Source: an uncultured Gemmatimonadota bacterium
GTDB taxonomy: Bacteria; SM23-81; DAOVCL01
Assembly: GCA_964626665.1 (NCBI GenBank)
Contig: CAZVGK010000001.1
Location: forward strand, 1-64,000
Direction of reading: 5' to 3'
DNA: 64,000 nucleotides
Shown here: positions 18,048 to 27,589 of the stretch, one piece after another
Layout: each line of letters opens with the position of its first letter
Numbering within the stretch: the first letter of the stretch is position 1
Notes under the pieces: generated by a model
The model's input: only the letters and a program-made list of their open reading frames with translations
Database searches by the model: none
What the model was told of the DNA's origin: nothing
Position numbers and translations under genes: made by a program

Positions 18048-18863
18048 ATGGAGAATCCCTATCTACCAGTAGAAGCAGAGCTTCTGAGGGTGGTGGAGGA
18101 GACCCCCACCATAAAGACATTTGTCCTCAAACCCTTCCAACCCATTCCCTTCCGGGTCGGACAGTTTATGCAACTCACCCTCCCCGGAGTGGGGGAAGCG
18201 CCCTTTACCCCCTCCTCCCCCCCCTATGAGGAGGAGAGAATGGAGATAACCATCCTCAAGACGGGCAGGGTAACCGATGCTCTGCACAGCCTGCAACCAG
18301 GGGAAACCTTAGGCCTGAGGGGCCCTTTTGGTAAAGGCTATCCCGTAGATAAATTTGTTGATAAGGAGATACTTATTGTGGGGGGAGGAGTGGGTTTAGC
18401 CCCCTTGCGGTCACTGCTCTATTATCTCTTTCAAAATCAGGACAAATTTAAGAGGGTCTCCATAAAGTATGGAGCAAAGAAACCAGAGGAGCTTTGTTAC
18501 CAGAAGCTCTATCCCCAATGGGAGAAGCTGAATAAGGTCGACCTTACGGTGACCATCGATGTACCGGCCCCGGGATGGAAGGGAAAGGTAGGCTTGGTAA
18601 CCACCCTTTTGGATGACCTGGATATTGACTTGAAGAACAGCTATGTAATCTCCTGTGGGCCAGAGGTAATGCTTAAATTCGTCACCTATAAGCTGATAGA
18701 TATTGGATTTGCCCCTGAGCAGATTTACCTCTCAATGAACAGGAATATGAGCTGTGGAATTGGTAAATGTGGCAGGTGCATCATCGGGAAATACTTCCTC
18801 TGTAAGGATGGACCGGATATGTGTTATGCGGATATAAAGGATATACCGGGGGTCTTTGGTTAA
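18048..18863 (+). CDS. AsrB/HydG-like FAD/NAD(P)-binding 2Fe-2S subunit
   Basis: GQFM, RGPFG, GGGVGLAP and MSCGIGKCGRC..C.DGP motifs. Confidence 0.92.
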   Translation: MENPYLPVEAELLRVVEETPTIKTFVLKPFQPIPFRVGQFMQLTLPGVGEAPFTPSSPPYEEERMEITILKTGRVTDALHSLQPGETLGLRGPFGKGYPVDKFVDKEILIVGGGVGLAPLRSLLYYLFQNQDKFKRVSIKYGAKKPEELCYQKLYPQWEKLNKVDLTVTIDVPAPGWKGKVGLVTTLLDDLDIDLKNSYVISCGPEVMLKFVTYKLIDIGFAPEQIYLSMNRNMSCGIGKCGRCIIGKYFLCKDGPDMCYADIKDIPGVFG

Positions 18864-20613
18864 GATGCAAAACGGGAGAAGAGGTATCTGTCCCTTCTGC
18901 TGTCTGCAGGATGGGTTGAGGATAGAAGGAGGGAAATTTGAGCCCCTCTTTGGTGAGGATTCCCTTTTACATTTAGACTACGACACAAATGATAAGGTGA
19001 ATCAGGGTTCCCTCTGTTCCCGGGGGAATTCGGTGATTGAGCTTTTAGAGCATCCTCAAAGGTTACTTGCCCCCTCTTTTCAAGGAAAGGAGATAGGTTG
19101 GCAGGAAGCTCGTAGGCTTATGGCCTCCAAATTAGGGAAGGGAACCTCCCTTATTTTAGGTCCAAACCTCACCTTAGAGGAGGCCTGGTTGGCTAAGGGC
19201 CTGGCAAGTTCCTTGGGTCTCCAGGGGATTGCCCATCTGGCCCCCGATGATGGGGAGGCCTTTCAGGTTTTGCGGTGGTTGGGGAAGGTAGGGGAAGTGG
19301 GGATGGAGGAGATAGAGAAGGCTGATCTTATCCTCGTAGTAGGTGATGCCTTTATGGAACATCCGGTTGGCTCTCAGAGGGTGCTCAGAGCCAAGTATGC
19401 CGAGAGGAAAAACAGGCTCCTTGTCCTCGACTCGGTGAAGACCAAGACAACCTGGTTTGCCAATCAACACCTCCAGCCAAAACCGGGGACTGAAGGGTTT
19501 GTCCTGGCTGGATTGGCCAAAGCGCTCTATAAGTTAAAGCCTTCATATTTAGCTTCCCTCTTTAAGAAGATCAATTTAGAAAAGATAACCCAGATCACTG
19601 GCCTGGGCCGAGATGAAATGGAGAAGGTGACCACTCAGCTTGCCTCTGCCCGACAGGGGGTGGTTATCCTCTCTAACCTTTGGGGAAGGGTGGGACCGGT
19701 GGGGTTGGCTACATTCTTTGGCAACCTATTGGCCTCCCTTTCCGGCGGAAAATTTCTGCATTTGCCTGTCTATCAAAATGGCTTCGGAACAAGCCTCATC
19801 TTAGGGGTGGGCACAACTGGCCCTCGGCTACTGGACGGGGTTCAAAAGGGGGAGACAAAGGGCCTCTTTGTTGTGGGGCTTGACCTCCTTTCTTCCCTTC
19901 CTGGTCAACAAAAGGATATTGGATGGAAAAAACTGGAATTTCTTTGGACGACTGCCATACTCCCCAATCAGACAACCAAAGAGGCGGATTTGATCCTCCC
20001 TGCTGCCTCTGGCTTGGAGAAGAGGGGGAATCTGCTCTATCTGAATGGGGATTTGCGAGAGATGGATCCCGTTTTGCCTCCACCAGGTGGGGCTAAAGCT
20101 GATGGGCAGATCTTCCGGGATATGTCCAATGGTAAGCTTTCCTCTCCGGAGGGAGCCAAACTGAAGGAGGCAGTGAAGGGGGAATCCCTTCCAGAAAAGA
20201 ATATCGCTCAGAGGATCGAGGCCCTCTGGGAAGAGGAGATAGCCAAGGAGAGCGAGGATAAATTGCCCTTTTGGTTTATCCCGTCTGCTCATCCCGCCCA
20301 TTTGGGGAATGGGGCGATAACCTCTCATCTGGGTTGGGCAAAGAAGGTCTGCCCGGAGCCATCCATTGCGCTTAACCCAGCTACGGCAGCTAAATTGAAG
20401 CTGGAGGCCGGGGATAGGGCATTAGTAAGCTCACAGGTGGGAAAAGAGACATTTCACATTGAAATAAACGAACGGCTAAAGGAGGATCAGGTTACGGTTC
20501 CCGCCCACTTCCCTCAGCTACGCAGGCTCTTCCCCTGGAAGGTGGGGGAAACCCTGGGGGAGTTCTCTTTGCGGCCGCAGAGGGTGAAGATTGCCAAGGC
20601 TAAGGGGGATTGA
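18856..20613 (+). CDS. molybdopterin oxidoreductase-family (NuoG C-terminal/FdhA-like) subunit, probably cofactor-less
   Basis: N-terminal CPFC...LC.RG, ADLILPAA..EK.G and LNPATA motifs. No Mo-ligand Cys/Sec motif visible. Confidence 0.75.
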   Translation: MVKMQNGRRGICPFCCLQDGLRIEGGKFEPLFGEDSLLHLDYDTNDKVNQGSLCSRGNSVIELLEHPQRLLAPSFQGKEIGWQEARRLMASKLGKGTSLILGPNLTLEEAWLAKGLASSLGLQGIAHLAPDDGEAFQVLRWLGKVGEVGMEEIEKADLILVVGDAFMEHPVGSQRVLRAKYAERKNRLLVLDSVKTKTTWFANQHLQPKPGTEGFVLAGLAKALYKLKPSYLASLFKKINLEKITQITGLGRDEMEKVTTQLASARQGVVILSNLWGRVGPVGLATFFGNLLASLSGGKFLHLPVYQNGFGTSLILGVGTTGPRLLDGVQKGETKGLFVVGLDLLSSLPGQQKDIGWKKLEFLWTTAILPNQTTKEADLILPAASGLEKRGNLLYLNGDLREMDPVLPPPGGAKADGQIFRDMSNGKLSSPEGAKLKEAVKGESLPEKNIAQRIEALWEEEIAKESEDKLPFWFIPSAHPAHLGNGAITSHLGWAKKVCPEPSIALNPATAAKLKLEAGDRALVSSQVGKETFHIEINERLKEDQVTVPAHFPQLRRLFPWKVGETLGEFSLRPQRVKIAKAKGD

Positions 20614-20614
20614 G

Positions 20615-21103
20615 TTGGAGGAGAAGAGGGTCGTAATTGACCTCAATTACTGCATTGGCTGTCAGTCCTGTGCCGCGGCCTGCTGGCAGGGACATCATAA
20701 GCAATCACGGCTTTTCCACGGGGAGATAAGGGGGTTGGCTCTCCTTCCCCTGAACTGTCGCCAGTGTGAGGAGCCAGCCTGTGTCAATGCCTGCCCTACC
20801 AATGCCTTAGAAAAGGGTGAGGATGGTGTGGTTCGGCGGAAGACTATGCTCTGTGTGGGCTGTCTCTCCTGTGTCTATGCCTGTCCCTTTGGGGTGATGG
20901 AGGCGGAGCTGAGCAAGCATCTTTCCCCCAACTGTGATCTCTGTCAGGACAGGGTTAGCCAGGGGAAGGAACCCAGATGTGTGGCCTCCTGTGTCTCTGG
21001 CGCTCTCAGGTTTGTCCCCTTATCCAAGGTGTTTGGTGAGGATAAGAGGGAACTTCAAGTGGGGGCCAGGATCATCTCCAAAAGCTTATTGAAGAGGTCT
21101 TAG
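20615..21103 (+). CDS. 4x[4Fe-4S] electron-transfer subunit (HycB/DmsB-like)
   Basis: CIGCQSCAAAC, CRQCEEPACVNACP, CVGCLSCVYACP and CDLC..PRCVASC. TTG start after SD. Confidence 0.88.
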   Translation: MEEKRVVIDLNYCIGCQSCAAACWQGHHKQSRLFHGEIRGLALLPLNCRQCEEPACVNACPTNALEKGEDGVVRRKTMLCVGCLSCVYACPFGVMEAELSKHLSPNCDLCQDRVSQGKEPRCVASCVSGALRFVPLSKVFGEDKRELQVGARIISKSLLKRS

Positions 21104-22039
21104 ATGGAACTGAGCCTCAAGCCTTTGTTATATTTTCTCGTATTCCCGGGATTTGTCTTTACCGCGGTGGTTGGTCTGCTCTCCTCCTGGGTGGACAGGA
21201 AGGTCACGGCTAAGGTGCAATGGAGGGTTGGTCCCCCCTGGTATCAGAACTTTGCGGATATCATCAAGCTTCTCCACAAGGAGATAATCGTCCCTCAGGG
21301 GAGCAGGTTCACCGGTTTCCTTTTGGCCCCTATCGTAGGGCTGGCCGGGGCCACCTTGGTCTCCACGATAATATGGGTGATAAACCTCAATCCGGATTCT
21401 GGCTTTGTCGGCGATCTGATAGTAGTCCTCTACCTCTTAACTCTTCCCTCCTTAGGGGTGATCATTGGGGGCTCTGCTTCCCGTAACCCCTTAGGTGCAA
21501 TGGGGGCGTCAAGGGAGATGAAGCTTATCTTGGCCTATGAGCTTCCCTTTATTATAGCCGTCTTTACCGTTGTCCTCAAGGTGGGCTCCATCCTCTTTGG
21601 GGACATAATTGGCTACCAGCAGGTATCCGGGATTATGCTTAGGCATCCCTCCTGTATAATCGCCTTTTTGGTGGCCCTGGTCTGCTCCCAGGCCAAGCTT
21701 ACCCTTGTCCCCTTTGACATCCCGGAGGCCGAACAGGAGATAATTGCCGGCCCATTTACCGAATATTCTGGAGCCCCTTTGGCCATCTTCAGGCTGACCA
21801 GGGCGATGATGCTCTTTGTCCTTCCCGTCTTCCTGATCACCGTTTTCTGGGGAGGGATGAACTTTCACGGTTGGCAGATATTAGCCTCTTGCTTAAAGTA
21901 TTTAGCAATTTTGGTCTTTATCATCTTAGTGAAAAACACAAATCCCCGTCTGAGGATAGATCAGGCCATAAAGTTTATGTGGGGTCCGATGACTCTTCTG
22001 GCCATCGGGGGAATGGTCCTGGCTGTAGTGGGGCTTTAA
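21104..22039 (+). CDS. NuoH/MbhM-like membrane subunit
   Basis: DRKVTAKVQWRVGPP, PFDIPEAEQEI and PRLRIDQ motifs. Confidence 0.93.
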   Translation: MELSLKPLLYFLVFPGFVFTAVVGLLSSWVDRKVTAKVQWRVGPPWYQNFADIIKLLHKEIIVPQGSRFTGFLLAPIVGLAGATLVSTIIWVINLNPDSGFVGDLIVVLYLLTLPSLGVIIGGSASRNPLGAMGASREMKLILAYELPFIIAVFTVVLKVGSILFGDIIGYQQVSGIMLRHPSCIIAFLVALVCSQAKLTLVPFDIPEAEQEIIAGPFTEYSGAPLAIFRLTRAMMLFVLPVFLITVFWGGMNFHGWQILASCLKYLAILVFIILVKNTNPRLRIDQAIKFMWGPMTLLAIGGMVLAVVGL

Positions 22040-22052
22040 AGGAGGGTGGCTG

Positions 22053-22466
22053 ATGGGATTTAAATCCTGGTCTCTAAAGAAATCCCCGTGGATATTCCAT
22101 GTCTGTACCGGTTCCTGCAATAACTGTGATATCGAGCTATTGGACTGCCTTACCCCTAAGTTCGATGTGGAGAGGTTTGGTATCCTTCTGGTGGGGAGCA
22201 TCAGGCATGCCGATGCTCTGATAGTTACTGGGGCGGTGACCAGGCAGGCAGCCCCTAAGCTCAAATACCTCTGGGAGCAGATGCCCAAGCCAGGATTGGT
22301 CGTTGCCTTGGGGGCCTGTGGTTGTTCGGGGGGGATTTTCCGGGACTCTTATAACATCGTTGGTCCGGTGGATAGGATCATCCCCGTAGATGTTTATGTC
22401 CCTGGATGTCCCCCCAAGCCGGAGGCGATCATCTCCGGGATCGTCAAGGGATTGGCCAAGCTTTGA
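22053..22466 (+). CDS. group 4 hydrogenase small subunit (NuoB/EchC/MbhJ-like)
   Basis: GSCNNCDIE, GACGCSGG and VPGCPP motifs. Confidence 0.93.
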   Translation: MGFKSWSLKKSPWIFHVCTGSCNNCDIELLDCLTPKFDVERFGILLVGSIRHADALIVTGAVTRQAAPKLKYLWEQMPKPGLVVALGACGCSGGIFRDSYNIVGPVDRIIPVDVYVPGCPPKPEAIISGIVKGLAKL

Positions 22467-22475
22467 GGCAATAGT

Positions 22476-22637
22476 TCACCACTGATAACCACAGACTGAC
22501 AAAGAATTGGTTAATGATCAATTAGCAATTAACAATTATCAATGGGAAATGGCACACACCTCAGGATTTTCTGGCTTTATTTCATTTTAACTTGCTAATT
22601 GTTAATTGACCATTGATGATTGCCATTCCGTGGTGAA
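22476..22637. repeat. inverted heptamer-repeat element inside the operon
   Basis: ttcaccac...gtggtgaa ends enclose caattagcaattaacaatt and its inverted ttgctaattgttaattg. Confidence 0.6.
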
Positions 22638-22653
22638 TTCTTACATTTAAGCT

Positions 22654-23079
22654 ATGGATGTAGCCAAAGAGATAAAAACTAAGTTCGGGGAAAAGGTGAA
22701 GTTGGCTATCAGGTCACCTAAGAGGCTATATTGCTTGGTGGACAAGGGAGATCTCCCTTTAGTGGCCCGTTTCCTCTTCGAGGAGCTGAAGGCCCGTTTC
22801 TGCACGGCCAGTGCAGTGGACACCAGAGGTGGGATTGAGGTCCTCTATCATTTCTTTTTTGATCAACTTTCCCTGATGGTTAGCTTACGAACCCTCCTTT
22901 CCAAGCCATCCCCACAGATAGAGTCGCTTGCCCCCTTCCTTAAAGGGGCTGAATGGATAGAAAGGGAGATAGCTGATCTTTTCGGGGTAAGGTTTGCTGG
23001 CCATCCCGATCCTCGCCGGCTTATCCTGCCGGACGATTGGCCCGAGGGGGAATATCCATATCTCAGGGGGGAGGATTGA
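22654..23079 (+). CDS. NuoC/MbhK-like subunit
   Basis: EWIEREIADLFGV.F.GHPD.RRL.LPDDWP motif. Confidence 0.92.
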   Translation: MDVAKEIKTKFGEKVKLAIRSPKRLYCLVDKGDLPLVARFLFEELKARFCTASAVDTRGGIEVLYHFFFDQLSLMVSLRTLLSKPSPQIESLAPFLKGAEWIEREIADLFGVRFAGHPDPRRLILPDDWPEGEYPYLRGED

Positions 23080-24266
23080 AGACTACCATTCCCATAGGGC
23101 CCTATCATCCCCTCTTGGAGGAGCCAGAACTTTTCAAGCTGGTAGTGGAGGGGGAGACCGTGGTGGATATGGACATCAGGATTGGTTGGAACCATCGGGG
23201 GATAGAGAAGATCGCCGAGAGCAAAACCTACGATCAGGTTATCTTCTTAGTGGAGCGCATCTGTGGCATCTGCTCCACCTCCCATCCCATAGCCAATGTG
23301 CTGGCTCAGGAGGATCTGGCCGGGGCTGAGGTGCCGGAGAGGGCGCAGTATATCCGCTCCATTGTGGCCGAGCTGGAGAGGCTACACAGCCACCTTTTGT
23401 GGCTGGGTTTGGCCGGCCATTTTATTGGATACAACACCATCTTTATGTGGGTCTGGAAGGCCAGGGAACCCATCCTCGATCTCTTTGAGCTCATCACGGG
23501 GAATCGCAACGACTATGCCATGCTCAGGCCAGGCGGAGTGCGGCGGGACATTTATAAGAAGGACCTGCCAGCAATTAGGAAGGTGATGGACGACCTGGAG
23601 TCGGCCAATGAGATGTTTACCAAGGCCATTTTAGATGACCCGGTGCTCAGCGCCCGGCTGAAAGGTGTGGGAGTGCTCACCAAAGAGGATGCCATCAGAT
23701 ACTGTGTGCTGGGACCCACGGCCCGGGCCTCGGGAGTGAATATAGATGTCAGACGGGATGAACCCTATGCCGCCTATGATAAGGTGGATTGGAATGTCAT
23801 CGTGCAGGAAGGGGGGGATGTGTTAGCTAAGGCAGTAGTGAGGCTATTGGAGAATGTTGAATCCATTAAGATAATTCGTCAGTGCGTCGATAGATTAGAA
23901 GAACTTCCCGAGGGGGAAATCTGGAACCCTATCCCCCAGATGCCTGTTGGGGAGGGGATCGGCCATGAGGAAGCCCCCCGGGGGGAATGTTTCCATTATA
24001 TTCGCTCCGATGGGGGGAACTACCCGGTGAGAGTAAAGATACGGGCCCCTACCTACAACAACCTGCCCACATTTAAGGCCTCCTGTCTGGGAGCAACTGT
24101 CTCCGATGTGGCCTTGATCACCGCAGGCATTGACCCTTGCTACTGTTGCACAGAGAGGATGGCCGCCGTCTATGACGGCTCGGACAAGAGGCTATATGAC
24201 TGGCAGGATCTGGTAAGGCTATCCCAGGAGAAGACAGAGAAGATCAGGAAGGAGTTAGGGAGATAG
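23076..24266 (+). CDS. group 4 [NiFe]-hydrogenase large subunit
   Basis: Intact L1 (ERICGIC) and L2 (DPCYCCTER) motifs plus a C-terminal extension. TTG start at 23076 after GGAGG. Confidence 0.95.
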   Translation: MKTTIPIGPYHPLLEEPELFKLVVEGETVVDMDIRIGWNHRGIEKIAESKTYDQVIFLVERICGICSTSHPIANVLAQEDLAGAEVPERAQYIRSIVAELERLHSHLLWLGLAGHFIGYNTIFMWVWKAREPILDLFELITGNRNDYAMLRPGGVRRDIYKKDLPAIRKVMDDLESANEMFTKAILDDPVLSARLKGVGVLTKEDAIRYCVLGPTARASGVNIDVRRDEPYAAYDKVDWNVIVQEGGDVLAKAVVRLLENVESIKIIRQCVDRLEELPEGEIWNPIPQMPVGEGIGHEEAPRGECFHYIRSDGGNYPVRVKIRAPTYNNLPTFKASCLGATVSDVALITAGIDPCYCCTERMAAVYDGSDKRLYDWQDLVRLSQEKTEKIRKELGR

Positions 24267-24267
24267 A

Positions 24268-26106
24268 GTGGATCCAGTGAATCTTCTATATCCGGTTTTT
24301 GTCCCGATAATCATCGGGCTGATAATCCTCTTCTTGCCCCAGAGGCTGCGGCCTCTGCATGGAGCTCTGGCCCTTCTGGCCACCCTCTTCACCTTCATTG
24401 GTTCGCTGAAGATATTTCTCTCCCCTAAGCTTAGCTATCAGCTTTTTACCCTGAAGTTGGGGAGGGTTAAGCTCCCTTTTGAGCTACTTTCCTATCATTT
24501 CGGAGCGTTTATGGCCCTTTTTGTGGGCCTCTTTGGCCTTCTCCTCGCCCTCTATTCCCTGGGCTATTGGAGGGGAAAGGAATACCCCAACCGTTACTTC
24601 TCCTATCTGCTGATCACCGTTGGGGCCTCCTGTGGGGTTGTCTTAGCCAACAACCTGATCTGGCTCCTGGTCTTCTGGGAGGTAGTTACTTTAATGTTTT
24701 ACCTTCTGGTGACCTTGGGGGGAAACAAGCTCTCTCCCTTAGCGGCCAAAAAAAGCTTTCTTATCCTGGGTTTTTCCGACTGTGCCCTGCTTTTGGGGAT
24801 CGTCCTGCTTTGGGGCCTCATCGGCACGCTGCGCCTCAGCGATATCTCCGTAAGTTTAGGAAGTGGGACCTCTTATTTTATATTTATCCTGATGATGATT
24901 GGGGCAATTACCAAGGCTGGGGCGATGCCTTTCCACTCCTGGATTCCCACCGCTGCCGAGGGAGCTCCTACGCCAGTAATGGCTTTTCTCCCAGCATCCT
25001 TGGATAAACTTCTGGGGATCTACCTTCTGGCTCGTATAAGCTTAGATCTTTTCATTATGGATAAATCTATGGGGATGGTTCTGATGATTATCGGGGCGGT
25101 AACCATTGTCTTGGCGGTGATGATGGCCTTGATTCAACACAACCTAAAGAAACTCCTCTCCTTTCACGCTATTTCTCAAGTGGGTTATATGGTATTGGGG
25201 ATTGGAACTGGCGTGCCCATAGGGATAATGGGAGGGCTGTTTCATATGGTGAACCACGCCATATATAAGAGCCTTCTCTTTCTCTGTGCCGGCTCAGTGG
25301 AACATGAGACCAAGGAGATGGAGTTGGATAAGTTGGGAGGATTGGCCTCTGCTATGCCCTATACATTTTTAGCCTCCACCGTGGCAGCTCTCTCCATCTC
25401 CGGGGTCCCCCCCTTCAACGGTTTTGTCTCCAAATGGATGGTCTATCAGGGGACGATAATATCCCATCAGCCCATATTCTTGGTGGCCGCTATGTTCGGA
25501 AGTTCCCTTACCTTAGCATCATTCGTCAAGGTTCTGTATTCGGTCTTCTGGGGGCAGAGGCCTAAGGCCTTGGGGGAGGTAAAGGAAGTGGGTTTCTCTA
25601 TGAAAGTCCCTATGCTGATCCTGGCCCTGCTCTGTATATTCTTCGGCGTTTTCGCCCAGTTTCCCCTCGGCCACTTCATCGGGCCAGTGATAGGGTACAG
25701 TTTCTCTCACCTGCCCCGGGCCATCACCTTCTCCGGTGCCTTCTGGAGCCCTACCTTGGCTACCCTCTTGATCATTATCGCCCTCATTGTGGGGCTGATC
25801 ATTTACCTGTTTGGTCACCTCAAGCTGAGGCGGACTGGACTGATGTATGTAGGTGGTGAGATAATAGATCCTGAGGAGGTGAGGGTTCCGGGGACGGGCT
25901 TCTATGAAACCATCAGCAATCTCAAGGGGTTTAAAGGGGCTTACGGGGATGCGGAGAAGGGGGCCTTTGACCTCTATTACTTGACGGGAAGGTATGGAAA
26001 TAATATAGTTCAGGTGCTGAGGAAACTGCATGATGGGGTCCTCTCCACCTACCTCTCCTGGTGCATAATCGGCCTTGGTTTTCTGCTCTTTCTCCTGATA
26101 AGGTGA
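24268..26106 (+). CDS. NuoL/MrpA-like antiporter-type membrane subunit
   Basis: FWEV, KAGAMPFHSWIP, KKLLSFHAISQVGY and PPFNGF motifs. Confidence 0.9.
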   Translation: MDPVNLLYPVFVPIIIGLIILFLPQRLRPLHGALALLATLFTFIGSLKIFLSPKLSYQLFTLKLGRVKLPFELLSYHFGAFMALFVGLFGLLLALYSLGYWRGKEYPNRYFSYLLITVGASCGVVLANNLIWLLVFWEVVTLMFYLLVTLGGNKLSPLAAKKSFLILGFSDCALLLGIVLLWGLIGTLRLSDISVSLGSGTSYFIFILMMIGAITKAGAMPFHSWIPTAAEGAPTPVMAFLPASLDKLLGIYLLARISLDLFIMDKSMGMVLMIIGAVTIVLAVMMALIQHNLKKLLSFHAISQVGYMVLGIGTGVPIGIMGGLFHMVNHAIYKSLLFLCAGSVEHETKEMELDKLGGLASAMPYTFLASTVAALSISGVPPFNGFVSKWMVYQGTIISHQPIFLVAAMFGSSLTLASFVKVLYSVFWGQRPKALGEVKEVGFSMKVPMLILALLCIFFGVFAQFPLGHFIGPVIGYSFSHLPRAITFSGAFWSPTLATLLIIIALIVGLIIYLFGHLKLRRTGLMYVGGEIIDPEEVRVPGTGFYETISNLKGFKGAYGDAEKGAFDLYYLTGRYGNNIVQVLRKLHDGVLSTYLSWCIIGLGFLLFLLIR

Positions 26107-26267
26107 AATACAGTTTACAGAGATTAGTTTTCAGGGATCAGGGAAAAACTACGGCCATGCCATCAGGGCTTCTGCCCTGACGGAAGAGGAAGTCTTATTG
26201 TGGATGGTAACATCCACAAAGAGTGAGGGGATAGTTCGCCCCGCTGTACGCCATGCCGTGTCATAAT

Positions 26268-26870
26268 ATGAAATACAATTCAGAGAAGCACCATAGAAGG
26301 TCGATAAGATTAAAAGGTTACGATTATTCACAACGGGGATATTATTTTGTAAACATTTGTACAAAGAATCGGGAGTTGTATTTTGAAAGAGATGATGTAA
26401 AACGGATGATTAGAAATATCTGGTGTGATTTGCCCAATAGATTTCCAAATATTGAATTAGATGAATTCATAATTATGCCCAATCATATTCATGGAATAAT
26501 TGTTGTAGGGGTAACCCTTGTGGTTGCCCGAGCTAATCAAACCCAAAGGGCAGGCACGAGGCCTGCCCCTACGAAAACGGTTGCATTAGGTGATATTGTT
26601 GGTGCATTCAAATCATTAATAACAAATGGATATATTAACGGGGTTAAAAACAAAAATTGGAAACGATTTGATGGAAGATTGTTGCAACGTAATTATTATG
26701 AACATATTATCCGCAACGGCAAGTCATTAAATAGAATTCGGGAATATATAATCAACAATCCATTGAGATGGGATACTGACATTGAAAATCCGGACAATTG
26801 GAGGAATAATTTACAGAAATCAGCTATTGGAAAGTATTATCAAAATTTATTTGCGGAAGATACAGGATAG
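26268..26870 (+). mobile_element. REP-associated tyrosine transposase (RAYT, Y1/HUH family)
   Basis: RRSIRLKGYDYS, MPNHIH (HUH), QRNYYEHIIR and YIINNP motifs. AT-rich. Confidence 0.92.
26505..26572. repeat. GTAG-type REP doublet embedded in the RAYT coding sequence
   Basis: GTAG-gggtaacc..ggttgccc ... gggcaggc..gcctgccc-CTAC. Confidence 0.85.
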
Positions 26871-26998
26871 TCGCAAGAGCCTCTTCTTATGGGAACAGAT
26901 AAAATTCAGCTTTTCCTATTTACAGCAAAGGCTTCTTTTATGCCGGAACCGTTAAAATATCCTGTTATATTAAGAGTGAGCCTTATTAGGAGTTTGTT

Positions 26999-27430
26999 AT
27001 GACCAGAAGGAAATTTGATGCATCCATTCCCAGAAAAATGTTCTGGTCTAATAAAATTACAAACAGCAAACTATGTCCCAACTGTAATGCAAAATTAAAA
27101 AGGGAATACCATACTTATTTAGTAGGCACACGGAAGAGGAATAATTATGAGACTTTTATTACTGGAAATGATGACGGTTACTTTTGCCCCAATTGCGATA
27201 TAGTGGTTTTGGATTGGGATGAGTTTGCACGACTGGTGTCGGTATTCAGTAAATTTTCAAACTCAGTTGAATTCGCAGTTTTAGGAATAGTAGATACGAA
27301 TGCCATTCCCAAAGATAAAAAAAGTATTCCACTGGGGAATGATGATAATCCAATTCCTTTAGTCCGGTTTACAAATCTTTCTGAGAGAAGAAAATCGGGA
27401 AAAACGCAGAGAAGAAAAAATAGAAAATGA
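26999..27430 (+). CDS. hypothetical protein with two CxxC motifs (putative zinc-binding)
   Basis: CPNC and GYFCPNC motifs, AGGAG SD, AT-rich. Confidence 0.7.
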   Translation: MTRRKFDASIPRKMFWSNKITNSKLCPNCNAKLKREYHTYLVGTRKRNNYETFITGNDDGYFCPNCDIVVLDWDEFARLVSVFSKFSNSVEFAVLGIVDTNAIPKDKKSIPLGNDDNPIPLVRFTNLSERRKSGKTQRRKNRK

Positions 27431-27438
27431 GCAGATAC

Positions 27439-27526
27439 TTCGTATATCATGGCATATCTGGTTCGGACTTACGTTATCAACTGAACTACCTTTCGGGTAG
27501 CTTCGTATAGCCCGAAACCGTTAAGC
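27439..27526 (+). mobile_element. possible degenerate attC-like site
   Basis: acttcgtata(t)c...cttcgtatagcccgaaaccGTTAAGC. A similar right end, tatgccggaaccGTTAAAA, lies upstream of the gene at ~26939-26957. Confidence 0.4.
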
Positions 27527-27589
27527 AAACTTGATAGAAGTTTTAGAATAGATTGGGTTAGGTGTTTTAACCTTAATGGGAGGTTGTAA

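Noticed and set aside
18856-20613. Selenocysteine-containing formate dehydrogenase
   Set aside because: The ORF is uninterrupted, with no in-frame TGA and no Cys/Sec-His catalytic motif.
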